Positions 49,725 to 58,193 of a DNA stretch of 64,000 bases are shown one piece after another; the stretch's first letter is position 1; the number at the start of each line of letters is the position of its first letter. Origin of the DNA: an uncultured Candidatus Bathyarchaeia archaeon (GTDB lineage Archaea; Thermoproteota; Bathyarchaeia; Bathyarchaeales; DTEX01); the NCBI GenBank assembly GCA_964508155.1, contig CAZDRE010000008.1, forward strand, positions 10,910-74,909, written 5' to 3'. The notes under the pieces were generated by a model. That model was not told the origin of the DNA. It saw only the letters and a program-made list of their open reading frames with translations, and did not search any database. The translations under genes and the position numbers were made by a program.

Positions 49725-49946
49725 TGAAGAAAAGACTGGCGTTTGAATGGATATTTCGGTTTGTGCGTATATACGCTATACAGACAGAAAATCAAATAGC
49801 GCAACGAGTATTTATGCAGCCAAATGCCGCCTAGATGTACTCCTGATCTGAACCTCCAGTTCATGCATAGAATAAGAGGATATATTAAGGATTTTTGAAG
49901 GCATAAAACATGTTTTAGACGCGTATCTCTAATCGATATTTACTCT

Positions 49947-50924
49947 TCAGTCTTTTCTCTCAGTTCCGTTTAGAGTTAAGAACGAGACTCTTAGGGCGTC
50001 TATCATGGCCTTCTGATTGGTCCAGATGGCACGTCTCTCATTCTTTTCCTCATCGGCTATGAAGAGCATGAGATTCTTCTCTGAGAGGATGAAGCTTGGC
50101 ATATTATCGATGTCTATGCTTAGGCTCTTATCTTTGAGATCTAACTTCTTAAGTATGTACGTGCTCTTTAATGAGGAATCCGTGATAACTCTCATCTTAA
50201 CCTTCTCAGCTCTCTCTGCGAGGTCATCCATAACTCCCGAGTAGAAGAGTTGCAGGAGAATATCGCCTGAAGCCACCATCAGAATCTCCTCTTCAGCATC
50301 CCTTATTAACTCGCTGGCCTTAATGCATATCTGATTCTTCCCCTTAAGCACCTGTATAAATTCGCCGAGCGCCTCATGGTTTTTGATTGGAACCATTATT
50401 GAATCCCATATCTCGAGTATTCGTCTCTTCTCCTCCTCCAGCCTCTGAATCTTCTGCTTCTCTTCTTTGACCAAGTTCTCAAGGGCCTCGCCGATTGGGA
50501 TCACAGCGAACTTTATAGGCTTGTCTAGGATTCGATATACGAGGCCCTTCTCCTCAAGCCTTTTCAGGATCTTGTATGTTTCGGTTCTATGAAGCGATAG
50601 TGCCTTTGATATTTTATGAGCCTTCTGTTCTCCGTATTTCGCGAGGTAAATGAATACTTTAGCTTCATTCTTTGAGAGGCCGAAATTGACCAGTGCATTA
50701 CAGATCCTCTGGAAGCCGGGAGAGGACTCCAAGCGTAGCTTAAAGGCATTTATGCCTCTAAGGATCGTTCTTCCTTCCCTTAAGGAGGATATCTCAGTTA
50801 GCAATCCGTTTCTACTATTAAATAGATGCTTTGCTTCTGTCATGTGTTGGAGTTCTCCGGCTCGGCGCTCGGCAACATGCAGTATCCCATCATTATTAAA
50901 ATGGGTTATGAAAAGCGAATTCAA
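49947..50924 (-). CDS. TrmB-family transcriptional regulator (true start probably downstream)
   Basis: FGLSKNEAKVFIYL..., RTETYKILKRLEEKGLV wHTH, coiled coil, then effector domain. Confidence 0.88.
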   Translation of the reverse strand: MNSLFITHFNNDGILHVAERRAGELQHMTEAKHLFNSRNGLLTEISSLREGRTILRGINAFKLRLESSPGFQRICNALVNFGLSKNEAKVFIYLAKYGEQKAHKISKALSLHRTETYKILKRLEEKGLVYRILDKPIKFAVIPIGEALENLVKEEKQKIQRLEEEKRRILEIWDSIMVPIKNHEALGEFIQVLKGKNQICIKASELIRDAEEEILMVASGDILLQLFYSGVMDDLAERAEKVKMRVITDSSLKSTYILKKLDLKDKSLSIDIDNMPSFILSEKNLMLFIADEEKNERRAIWTNQKAMIDALRVSFLTLNGTERKD

Positions 50925-50948
50925 ACTGAAAATTCAGACATTGTATTT

Positions 50949-51395
50949 TTACTTTTCAGTCTTTACTTCTCCGCTAGATTCTCCAGCATCATTCTTAACT
51001 GAGATGAATAGGAGGTCTGGAGGCGGATGTGGAGCTCCCATAAGCCCTGAGAGTAGGAAGATCGAGACGAAGACCCTCTGATATATCTTCTTCAGGAGGT
51101 GTGGAACCTTAGTCTCCGGGTCTGTCTCTAAGAGTTTATCGATCATCCTGCTCTTTCCAAGAACGTTCACTATGCCGTTCAGTTCGAATCTTACAACGCT
51201 GGGCTTTGTATTCATTGCAATCGCGAAGTTGAAGGTCGCCTCATCCACGTTTCTGTCAACTTCCTCCAATTTCACGTTTACATCGAATTTCGGCTCCACA
51301 TTCTCTCCTTGAGTATTATCAATGATGGATCCTGACACGTTAAGTAGCCTAACGTCTATCTTCACTTCGCTAGAGCTCATTGATGCATCTCCCAT
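50949..51395 (-). CDS. Hypothetical protein with a SecB-like pattern
   Basis: Four alternating beta strands, then a helix ending GAPHPPP. Confidence 0.55.
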   Translation of the reverse strand: MGDASMSSSEVKIDVRLLNVSGSIIDNTQGENVEPKFDVNVKLEEVDRNVDEATFNFAIAMNTKPSVVRFELNGIVNVLGKSRMIDKLLETDPETKVPHLLKKIYQRVFVSIFLLSGLMGAPHPPPDLLFISVKNDAGESSGEVKTEK

Positions 51396-51508
51396 CTAAG
51401 CAGAATGCCAGCGCCATCCGCCTTGAGTGTTGATTATTTCCTTCAAGCCAATTTCCCTTTGTGTGTAGTGGCACGTTACACACTAGCACTTAAGATTTCC
51501 CATTCAAT

Positions 51509-52573
51509 ATGGAGCTTTCGGGATTCTACGGCATGTCAAATCATGGCAGCAAAGTTGCGTATGGAAGCCATAAGATTAGGAGCCGATGTATAGCTAGACG
51601 ATACGTAGAGGAGCGCTTCCGAACCAAACTTAAAAATGCAAGGATCAACCTCTTCATTAGGAGGACGGAGTCGAAATCTGAGCTTCTAAAGAAGTATGGC
51701 ATAGAAAAGTATGATCTGCATCCCGGATACGAGTTCCCAGAATCCGTGAGGGATCTAATTCCATCAAACGTTCCAGAGTATATTACACCTCCAGGAAAGA
51801 ATTATGTAAAGCAGATCGTTCGGGCACTATACTATTTTAAGCAGTGCGCCCTAATTGGGCCGAGTGGAACGGGGAAGACCCATATAGTCTACTTCATAGC
51901 TGAACTTACGGGGCTTCCGATATGGGAGGTTAACTGCGGCCTACAAACATCAACCTACGACCTATTTGGCAGATATATAGGCTTAGGAAAGGAGAATTGG
52001 ATAGATGGGCAGATAATCTTATGGTGTAGGAACGGCGGAATCCTATACTTGGACGAAGCTAACATGATGAAGCAGGATATAGCGGCTCGACTAAACCCTA
52101 TACTGGATACCCGCGGGCATATAGTTCTAACGGAGAAGGATAATGAGATCGTTAAGCGACATCCCTACGGATACGTGATAATATCGATGAATCCATTCTC
52201 AAGCGAGTTTGCAGGGACAAAACCGTTGAATGCCGCTTTCAGGAGGAGAATGTCCGTCTGGATAAACTTTAGCTACTTGAGCATAGGCAATCAGATATCT
52301 CCTGAGGAGATCAAGCTGATCCAGAAGAGAAGTGGGGTTGACGAGGACACTGCCGCGAGGATCGTCCGCGCCGGGGCTGAGCTACGACGGCAATATCAGA
52401 TGGGCGATCTTCCATATGGGCCCTCACCTGGGGATCTAATGAATTGGGCGATTCTGATAGCCGATGGAAGTGATCCGCTTGAGGCGGCAGAGGAGAGTAT
52501 TGTAGGCACCACAAGCGATGACGTTGAGATTCAAGAGGCTGTTAGGAGGATAATTAAGAGGTTCTTCTCTTAG
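51509..52573 (+). CDS. MoxR-type AAA+ ATPase (CbbQ/NirQ/NorQ/GvpN-like); start uncertain
   Basis: GPSGTGKT, WIDG, LYLDEAN, SMNP, LNAAFRRR. Confidence 0.9.
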   Translation: MELSGFYGMSNHGSKVAYGSHKIRSRCIARRYVEERFRTKLKNARINLFIRRTESKSELLKKYGIEKYDLHPGYEFPESVRDLIPSNVPEYITPPGKNYVKQIVRALYYFKQCALIGPSGTGKTHIVYFIAELTGLPIWEVNCGLQTSTYDLFGRYIGLGKENWIDGQIILWCRNGGILYLDEANMMKQDIAARLNPILDTRGHIVLTEKDNEIVKRHPYGYVIISMNPFSSEFAGTKPLNAAFRRRMSVWINFSYLSIGNQISPEEIKLIQKRSGVDEDTAARIVRAGAELRRQYQMGDLPYGPSPGDLMNWAILIADGSDPLEAAEESIVGTTSDDVEIQEAVRRIIKRFFS

Positions 52574-52590
52574 AAGCCGGGTGGTCTCCC

Positions 52591-54327
52591 TTGAAGTTTT
52601 ATGATACTGCATGGTTCATCTCATATGATCTGACTGGAAGGGAGCCCGGCGAATTAAAGATATTGATGCGGGACTCCACGCCATTCCCTTTCCTCGAGAA
52701 GGATGATTTTGGATTTGTGATGTGCCTCCCAAAGGTGAGGAAGACGGGGGATGGTAGACTTGAGTATCAGGGGATGCTCTTTGATCCGAGGGATGAAAGC
52801 CAATTATTGATAATGTGGAATCTATTCAAGTCGTCCATTTACTATCTAAGCCTTCTCACCCTAACCGTGAATTCGAAGGCTTATGAGGGATGTATTGACG
52901 GCAAGGATGAGAAATTAGCCCTAGCATCGATCATCATGGTTGAGGATGCCATATTAAACGCTTACACGAAGACCTTCCATCGAAACTTACTGGCTGAAAT
53001 AGTATTTGCCGATGCAATCTCATACATCAATCTTAAGCCAGCCAACCTGATTAGGAATGAAAATGTCAGAATTTTAACCTCAACTCTCTCCTCCTATAAG
53101 ACTGGTATGATAAAGGGGAGAATCGCTACGTCTGAGAATGAGATTGTCAGGAAAGCCGTGAATGCCCTAAAGAGGTTAGAGAGGAGAAGTATCAAAGTCT
53201 TTTCTGGCTTAAAGAACAGACTGGATATTGCAAGAGTAGAGGAGACTTTGTCTAAATATAGAATCGAAGCCTTCTCTGAGATTTATGGACTACTATCTAA
53301 TAGATCATCGACGCTCCCTGAAGTTCCAGCCTTCCTATACATGAACCATATAGGTGAAAACTCGATATTTCAGGAGAAACTAAGGGTTCCCTCCGAGGTG
53401 GAGGTACAGGACGTCGTTGATGAGATCAAGCGAAGAACAGGCTTGAGAATAAATGTTAACTATGAGGCATTGAGGAGCGAGGCATCCCAGAACTACTGGG
53501 ATTGGGTGAGGAAGGAGAGGAAGATGAGGAGGATCCTCTCGAGATATAAGGAGTTGGGGGTGAATACTAGATTTAGGGAATTTCTTTTTCCGGAGTATGA
53601 TTATGCAGAGTTCTTAAGGAGGAGGGCCGTCCACTCAAAGACTATAAGGCGGATTACGAATAGGCTTGCGTTATACTATAATCTTACTGGCGAGGACTTC
53701 AGAAAGGAGGCTGGAATAATAGATCTACAGGAGGCAATACAGGTGATTGCGAGCCAACAGCAGCGAAGCGACATCTTCCAGGAGGATACCTTACGATACA
53801 GAGCTCAGGCATGGAGTATACTCGTAGATGTGAGCTTAAGCCTAAAGAGCTTTGCAGGCGAAGTGAAAGATATAATCTTATGCTTAGCAGAGGTTTCGAG
53901 GAAGCTCTTTCAGGATAATCGGTCATTAGGAGTATTCGCGTTTGATAATAGATTCTTCATAATTAAGGATTTTGAGGAGAATCATAATAGGACCGTATGT
54001 GCGAGGATAGGTGGGATAGAACATGGCGGAGTAACCTATCTCGCTGATGGAGTTAGGATCGCATCTGAGGCCCTCAGGAGGAGATATGAGGAGAGCAAAA
54101 TACTAATAGTAGTCTCTGATGGGTTTCCGCTTGGATATAAAGGGGCAGATGAGAAGGCCAAGGAGGAGATCAGAGAGGCTGTAAGATCTGGAATTAACGT
54201 GATAGGCATAGGAATAGACAGTGAAAGGGTGAAAGATTACTTCCCAATCTACTGTATAGTCAGATCGCCATATGAGCTCATGAAGAAATTTGTGGATACA
54301 TTCTTCAGCTATTCCTACATGATGTAA
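52591..54327 (+). CDS. VWA-domain protein (NorD/CbbO-like partner of the MoxR ATPase)
   Basis: C-terminal MIDAS DVSLS...GGVT...VSDGFP. Confidence 0.85.
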   Translation: MKFYDTAWFISYDLTGREPGELKILMRDSTPFPFLEKDDFGFVMCLPKVRKTGDGRLEYQGMLFDPRDESQLLIMWNLFKSSIYYLSLLTLTVNSKAYEGCIDGKDEKLALASIIMVEDAILNAYTKTFHRNLLAEIVFADAISYINLKPANLIRNENVRILTSTLSSYKTGMIKGRIATSENEIVRKAVNALKRLERRSIKVFSGLKNRLDIARVEETLSKYRIEAFSEIYGLLSNRSSTLPEVPAFLYMNHIGENSIFQEKLRVPSEVEVQDVVDEIKRRTGLRINVNYEALRSEASQNYWDWVRKERKMRRILSRYKELGVNTRFREFLFPEYDYAEFLRRRAVHSKTIRRITNRLALYYNLTGEDFRKEAGIIDLQEAIQVIASQQQRSDIFQEDTLRYRAQAWSILVDVSLSLKSFAGEVKDIILCLAEVSRKLFQDNRSLGVFAFDNRFFIIKDFEENHNRTVCARIGGIEHGGVTYLADGVRIASEALRRRYEESKILIVVSDGFPLGYKGADEKAKEEIREAVRSGINVIGIGIDSERVKDYFPIYCIVRSPYELMKKFVDTFFSYSYMM

Positions 54328-54348
54328 TGGCATGCTAATCGGGCTATG

Positions 54349-54966
54349 CTATTCCTCGGCTCCTTCCTCTTTTCCGTTCTTTTCTTGACTTTCCTCGCCT
54401 TTCTCACTCTTATTTTCGGCTTCTTCACTCTTTGAAGACTTATGGGCGGGCGTCATTGACGTTGTGAGGAACAATTCGAGCTTATACTTTTGGGCGGCTG
54501 ACGTCGCTTTTTGGACGAATATCCTTTCTGGAACTCCATTAACGAGATAGACAGAGAATGATAAGCCTAAGCCGAAACCAGCCTTCTGGAGCTCTTCAAT
54601 TAATGTCCTAGCCTCCTTTATCCTATTTATGGCATTCTCGATCTTCTCTATCGATTCGAAGAGCATCTCTATTCTACCCTGCTTATCAGCAGAGAATAGT
54701 AGGCCCTTATAGCTGAACCATCCTTCCGAGGGAGACGCTGATCTTCCCCTCTTTCCCTTTCCAGAGACAGGCCGGGTAAATCCCTTCTCCTTAAGTATCT
54801 TCTCGACTTCCTCTGATGATAGACCTTGTCCTCGAAGGAGGGAGCCTAGAGTCTCGCCATACTCTTCGAGTATAGCCTGATACCAGGCTATTTCCTTCTC
54901 TAAGAACTCGTCTAGTTCATTTATGGAGGAAAACTCCCGTATCTCGACGGGTAGAACTCTGATCAT
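54349..54966 (-). CDS. Hypothetical coiled-coil protein with a charged low-complexity tail
   Basis: 205-aa ORF; helix-strand-helix pattern; E/K-rich C-terminus. Confidence 0.7.
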   Translation of the reverse strand: MIRVLPVEIREFSSINELDEFLEKEIAWYQAILEEYGETLGSLLRGQGLSSEEVEKILKEKGFTRPVSGKGKRGRSASPSEGWFSYKGLLFSADKQGRIEMLFESIEKIENAINRIKEARTLIEELQKAGFGLGLSFSVYLVNGVPERIFVQKATSAAQKYKLELFLTTSMTPAHKSSKSEEAENKSEKGEESQEKNGKEEGAEE

Positions 54967-55003
54967 CTCGAACTTCTAACCTCGACTTGGATGGGTTGCC
55001 GCG

Positions 55004-55585
55004 TTACTGTGGAATAAAGACCTCCTTGACTTTCTCTTCTCCAAATCCTTTAGATTCTTCCTCCTCATGAATGAAGGGTCTCTGTATATCCTTTAATTCC
55101 TCCTTAAGAGTCTCTAGAAGGTTAAATCTCATGCTGACCCTCCTAAGATACGCATTAACCTCATCCTTCAGTCTCGGCAGGAGAGCCCATAACACGGCTA
55201 GGATGGTCTCTGGGGGGCAGTTGCTTAGAGATCTCGACTCTACAGTGCCATCCTCCAAGACTGTGATGAGGTGACATTCCGAATTCAAGATTATCTTCCC
55301 GCTTTTCTCTATGTTTGGCAGGGCCTTTTCCGGTATGACTATTGAGAGGCCGAGTTCTGATAGGATCCTCCTGAGAAAACTGCATACGTCATTTATGGCT
55401 TTTTCTTCAGCTATTAAGTACTCGCTTAATTGTCTAGCATCCTCTCTTATAACCCTCGCTAGGTTACTGAATCTCTCCTCTAACTCCTTAATCTTCTCCT
55501 CTGAAGCCTCCTCATCCATGATGAGAGGCATAGGGTCAGAATTAGGATTATCTTCGCCTTCATTGGACATGAAGTGCCGCCTCAC
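55004..55585 (-). CDS. Hypothetical coiled-coil protein
   Basis: 193-aa ORF; two long helices flanking a beta-rich core. Confidence 0.7.
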   Translation of the reverse strand: MRRHFMSNEGEDNPNSDPMPLIMDEEASEEKIKELEERFSNLARVIREDARQLSEYLIAEEKAINDVCSFLRRILSELGLSIVIPEKALPNIEKSGKIILNSECHLITVLEDGTVESRSLSNCPPETILAVLWALLPRLKDEVNAYLRRVSMRFNLLETLKEELKDIQRPFIHEEEESKGFGEEKVKEVFIPQ

Positions 55586-55706
55586 AGCATGATATCGTTA
55601 CTGACTCTTCCGAGATTCGTTAAGAATCTTTGTATGTCATGCCAAATACACACAATCACTTTTAAGGCTGATATGCTGACTTTATCCCAAGCGATCACTA
55701 AGCCGC

Positions 55707-56480
55707 TTAGTTCTCTTTTATGCCGAGCTGATTGGCGATTTTAGCGATGAAATCTGGATCCTCTATTGTCGGCTCAGCTATTCCCACCATATCCACCCCG
55801 ATCGAGAATAGCCTCCTTGCGTCATCCGCTGATCTGACATATCCACTTACGAGAAGGAGGAAGGGACACTCCTCTCTTATTTCCTCTGCAAATTTGAAGT
55901 CCGGACGTTTTGCATCTTCGTCCCTGATGTTGAAGTGCACGGCGAAGATGTTTATGTCAGCGATCTCCTTGAGCACCGCCGGGTAATCGGGGATTATGCC
56001 GGCCCTAAACTTTACGATTAATGGAATCTCAAGGTTAGATAGGGCATTAAGCCATTTGATCATGTTCTGCCTGTTATCTGGGAACACCATGGCCCTCAAA
56101 AGTCCAAGCTCTAAATATCTCTTGTAGCCCCCGTGAACGTTGAGTTCAACGAGGTCTCCTCCAGCCTCCCAGAAGGCCTCCGCAGCCTCGATAGCCCACT
56201 CAAGCTTTGGAGAGGCTAGATTCAGACAGACATGAACGTCTGAGCGGCTCTTGGCTTTCCCACATTCTTCGCTTAGGAATCGAATGCATTCTCGTCTTTC
56301 AGGCGGCAGAACAGACTTGAATTTTCCGTAGGCTGGGGGCTCAGCTAGGTATGCTCCTATCTGAACCATTGCGCAGCCACGGCTTCTCTCCGAACAGAAG
56401 GATCCATCCGTAAGGTTCATCATTGATGAGAGAAAGAGCTTTCCACGCAGTTTACTTTTTAATTCCTCAAATTCAACCAT
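55707..56480 (-). CDS. Dus-like FMN TIM-barrel protein
   Basis: LSSMMNLTD, ELNVH, VKFRAG, SGYVRSADDA, GVDMVGIA. Confidence 0.7.
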   Translation of the reverse strand: MVEFEELKSKLRGKLFLSSMMNLTDGSFCSERSRGCAMVQIGAYLAEPPAYGKFKSVLPPERRECIRFLSEECGKAKSRSDVHVCLNLASPKLEWAIEAAEAFWEAGGDLVELNVHGGYKRYLELGLLRAMVFPDNRQNMIKWLNALSNLEIPLIVKFRAGIIPDYPAVLKEIADINIFAVHFNIRDEDAKRPDFKFAEEIREECPFLLLVSGYVRSADDARRLFSIGVDMVGIAEPTIEDPDFIAKIANQLGIKEN

Positions 56481-56568
56481 ACATGCATCACCGAGTATTT
56501 CTTCTTCGTTTCATTATTAAGCCCTTACATATCAATCTTTTACGCCTCTAGGGAATAACTATTTAGGG

Positions 56569-56925
56569 ATGGCTTCCCAGAATTACTGGGTGAATGGGGG
56601 AAGATTGTTGGCTAAGTGTAGAAATTGCGGTGAAGAATTGCCTGAAGGTGCAAATTTCTGTCCGAAATGTGGGGTTCCAGTCAATGAGTCTCTGAGGGAG
56701 GAGTATACTGTATCATCAAGCGATCTTATCGAGAAGGTTAAGGAGCTGCTTCATGAGGGAAATGTTAGGAGGATAATAATTAAGGATGAGAAGGGAAATA
56801 CGCTATTGGAGATACCAGCTTGGGCCGGCCTTGTCGGCGTGGTCATAGCTCCGTGGCTGGCGGCCTTAGGCGTAATTATGGCGATAGCAACGAAATGCAC
56901 GATAACCGTTATTAGGCGTGAGTAA
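56569..56925 (+). CDS. Zinc-ribbon + DUF4342 protein
   Basis: CRNC..CPKC; KVKELLHEGNVRRIIIK...LLEIP. Confidence 0.85.
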   Translation: MASQNYWVNGGRLLAKCRNCGEELPEGANFCPKCGVPVNESLREEYTVSSSDLIEKVKELLHEGNVRRIIIKDEKGNTLLEIPAWAGLVGVVIAPWLAALGVIMAIATKCTITVIRRE

Positions 56926-57026
56926 CTTTCCGTCAGTTTATTTGGCGCTCCTTCGGATTGGCATAATATCTATTAGGCGCAACTGCGTAATCTCTGATTA
57001 GAATGATTGTTTAGTTTGGAGTTGGA

Positions 57027-58178
57027 ATGTCCGCTATACTCTTGGGAACCAGCGGATGGTCATATAAGGAGTGGATCGGACCCTTCTATGATGATGAGAA
57101 GAGGATGTTCAGTTATTACGCCCGATTCTTCAACACCGTCGAGATCAACTCCACTTTTTACCGTTACCCATCGAGATCTACCATTTACGGCCTGAATAGG
57201 GCGGCTCCTCCAAACTTCATCTTCTCCGCGAAGCTGCCGAGATTGATAACCCACAAGAAGAAGCTCAATTTGGCTGAGGATATTAGGAGTGATCTGATGC
57301 GGTTCTTGGAGCTTCTTGAGCCTCTATATGCAAGCGGCCGGCTGGGTTGCATATTGATCCAGCTTCCACCGAGCTTCAAGTATGAAGATGGCTATGAAAG
57401 GCTTGAGGGATTTCTGGATATCATACCGGACGGCTATGAGTTCGCGGTTGAGTTTAGGGATTCCTCGTGGATGAGGGATGATACGTGGAGGATGCTGAGG
57501 AAATACGGCGTGGCCTACTGCGTGGTTGATGAGCCTTCCTTCCCATCGGAAATCCACGTAACAGCCGATTTTGCCTATTTCAGATGGCATGGAAGGAACA
57601 GTAGGGTATGGTATAACTATCGATATTCAGAAAAGGAGCTAAGCGAGTGGGTTCCTAAGTTGGAGGAGACAGGTAGGAAGGTTAAGAAGATCTATGGATA
57701 CTTCAACAATCACTTTCATGGATATGCAATCGAGAATTGCATAGAGCTAATGCAGATGCTGAAGATCGCCGAGCCTAAGCATGAGAAGGTAAAGAGGAAG
57801 ATCATAGAGTATAATCTTTACGGCGGATCGTTAAGTGCAAGCTTGGATCAGACTGAAAGGGAGGTTTGGCAGCTCCTCCTTAAACTCACGGATCTAAATA
57901 GGATAAAGAGGGGTAGGAGCATAGGAGATGAGGAATTGACGATCGAGGAATCCTCGGAGGACAAGGTGAGAATGCGAGTGAAGGAATACACTGTGGAATT
58001 TCTTTTGGGGGAGAGGATTCTAAGGCATGACTGCGACGATTGGCGTAAGGGACTTGAGGAGAAACGTCTATGCAAGCATGTCGTTAAGGCCTTATTATCC
58101 ATGAAGCCTGAGAGAGCAAGGGATATACTGAGGGATATCATAGAAAATAAGAGTCTTTGGAGATTTCAGCAGTTTTAG
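57027..58178 (+). CDS. DUF72 domain protein fused to a C-terminal SWIM-type zinc finger
   Basis: GTSGWSY, VEINSTFY, QLPP, EFR, RWHGR, YFNN; HDCDDW...CKH. Confidence 0.88.
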   Translation: MSAILLGTSGWSYKEWIGPFYDDEKRMFSYYARFFNTVEINSTFYRYPSRSTIYGLNRAAPPNFIFSAKLPRLITHKKKLNLAEDIRSDLMRFLELLEPLYASGRLGCILIQLPPSFKYEDGYERLEGFLDIIPDGYEFAVEFRDSSWMRDDTWRMLRKYGVAYCVVDEPSFPSEIHVTADFAYFRWHGRNSRVWYNYRYSEKELSEWVPKLEETGRKVKKIYGYFNNHFHGYAIENCIELMQMLKIAEPKHEKVKRKIIEYNLYGGSLSASLDQTEREVWQLLLKLTDLNRIKRGRSIGDEELTIEESSEDKVRMRVKEYTVEFLLGERILRHDCDDWRKGLEEKRLCKHVVKALLSMKPERARDILRDIIENKSLWRFQQF

Positions 58179-58193
58179 GCCGGGTAGGCTTGT

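Noticed and set aside
51509-52573. Gas vesicle GvpN, or Rubisco activase CbbQ / NorQ
   Set aside because: No gvpA, rubisco or nor genes in the window; only a generic MoxR assignment is supported.
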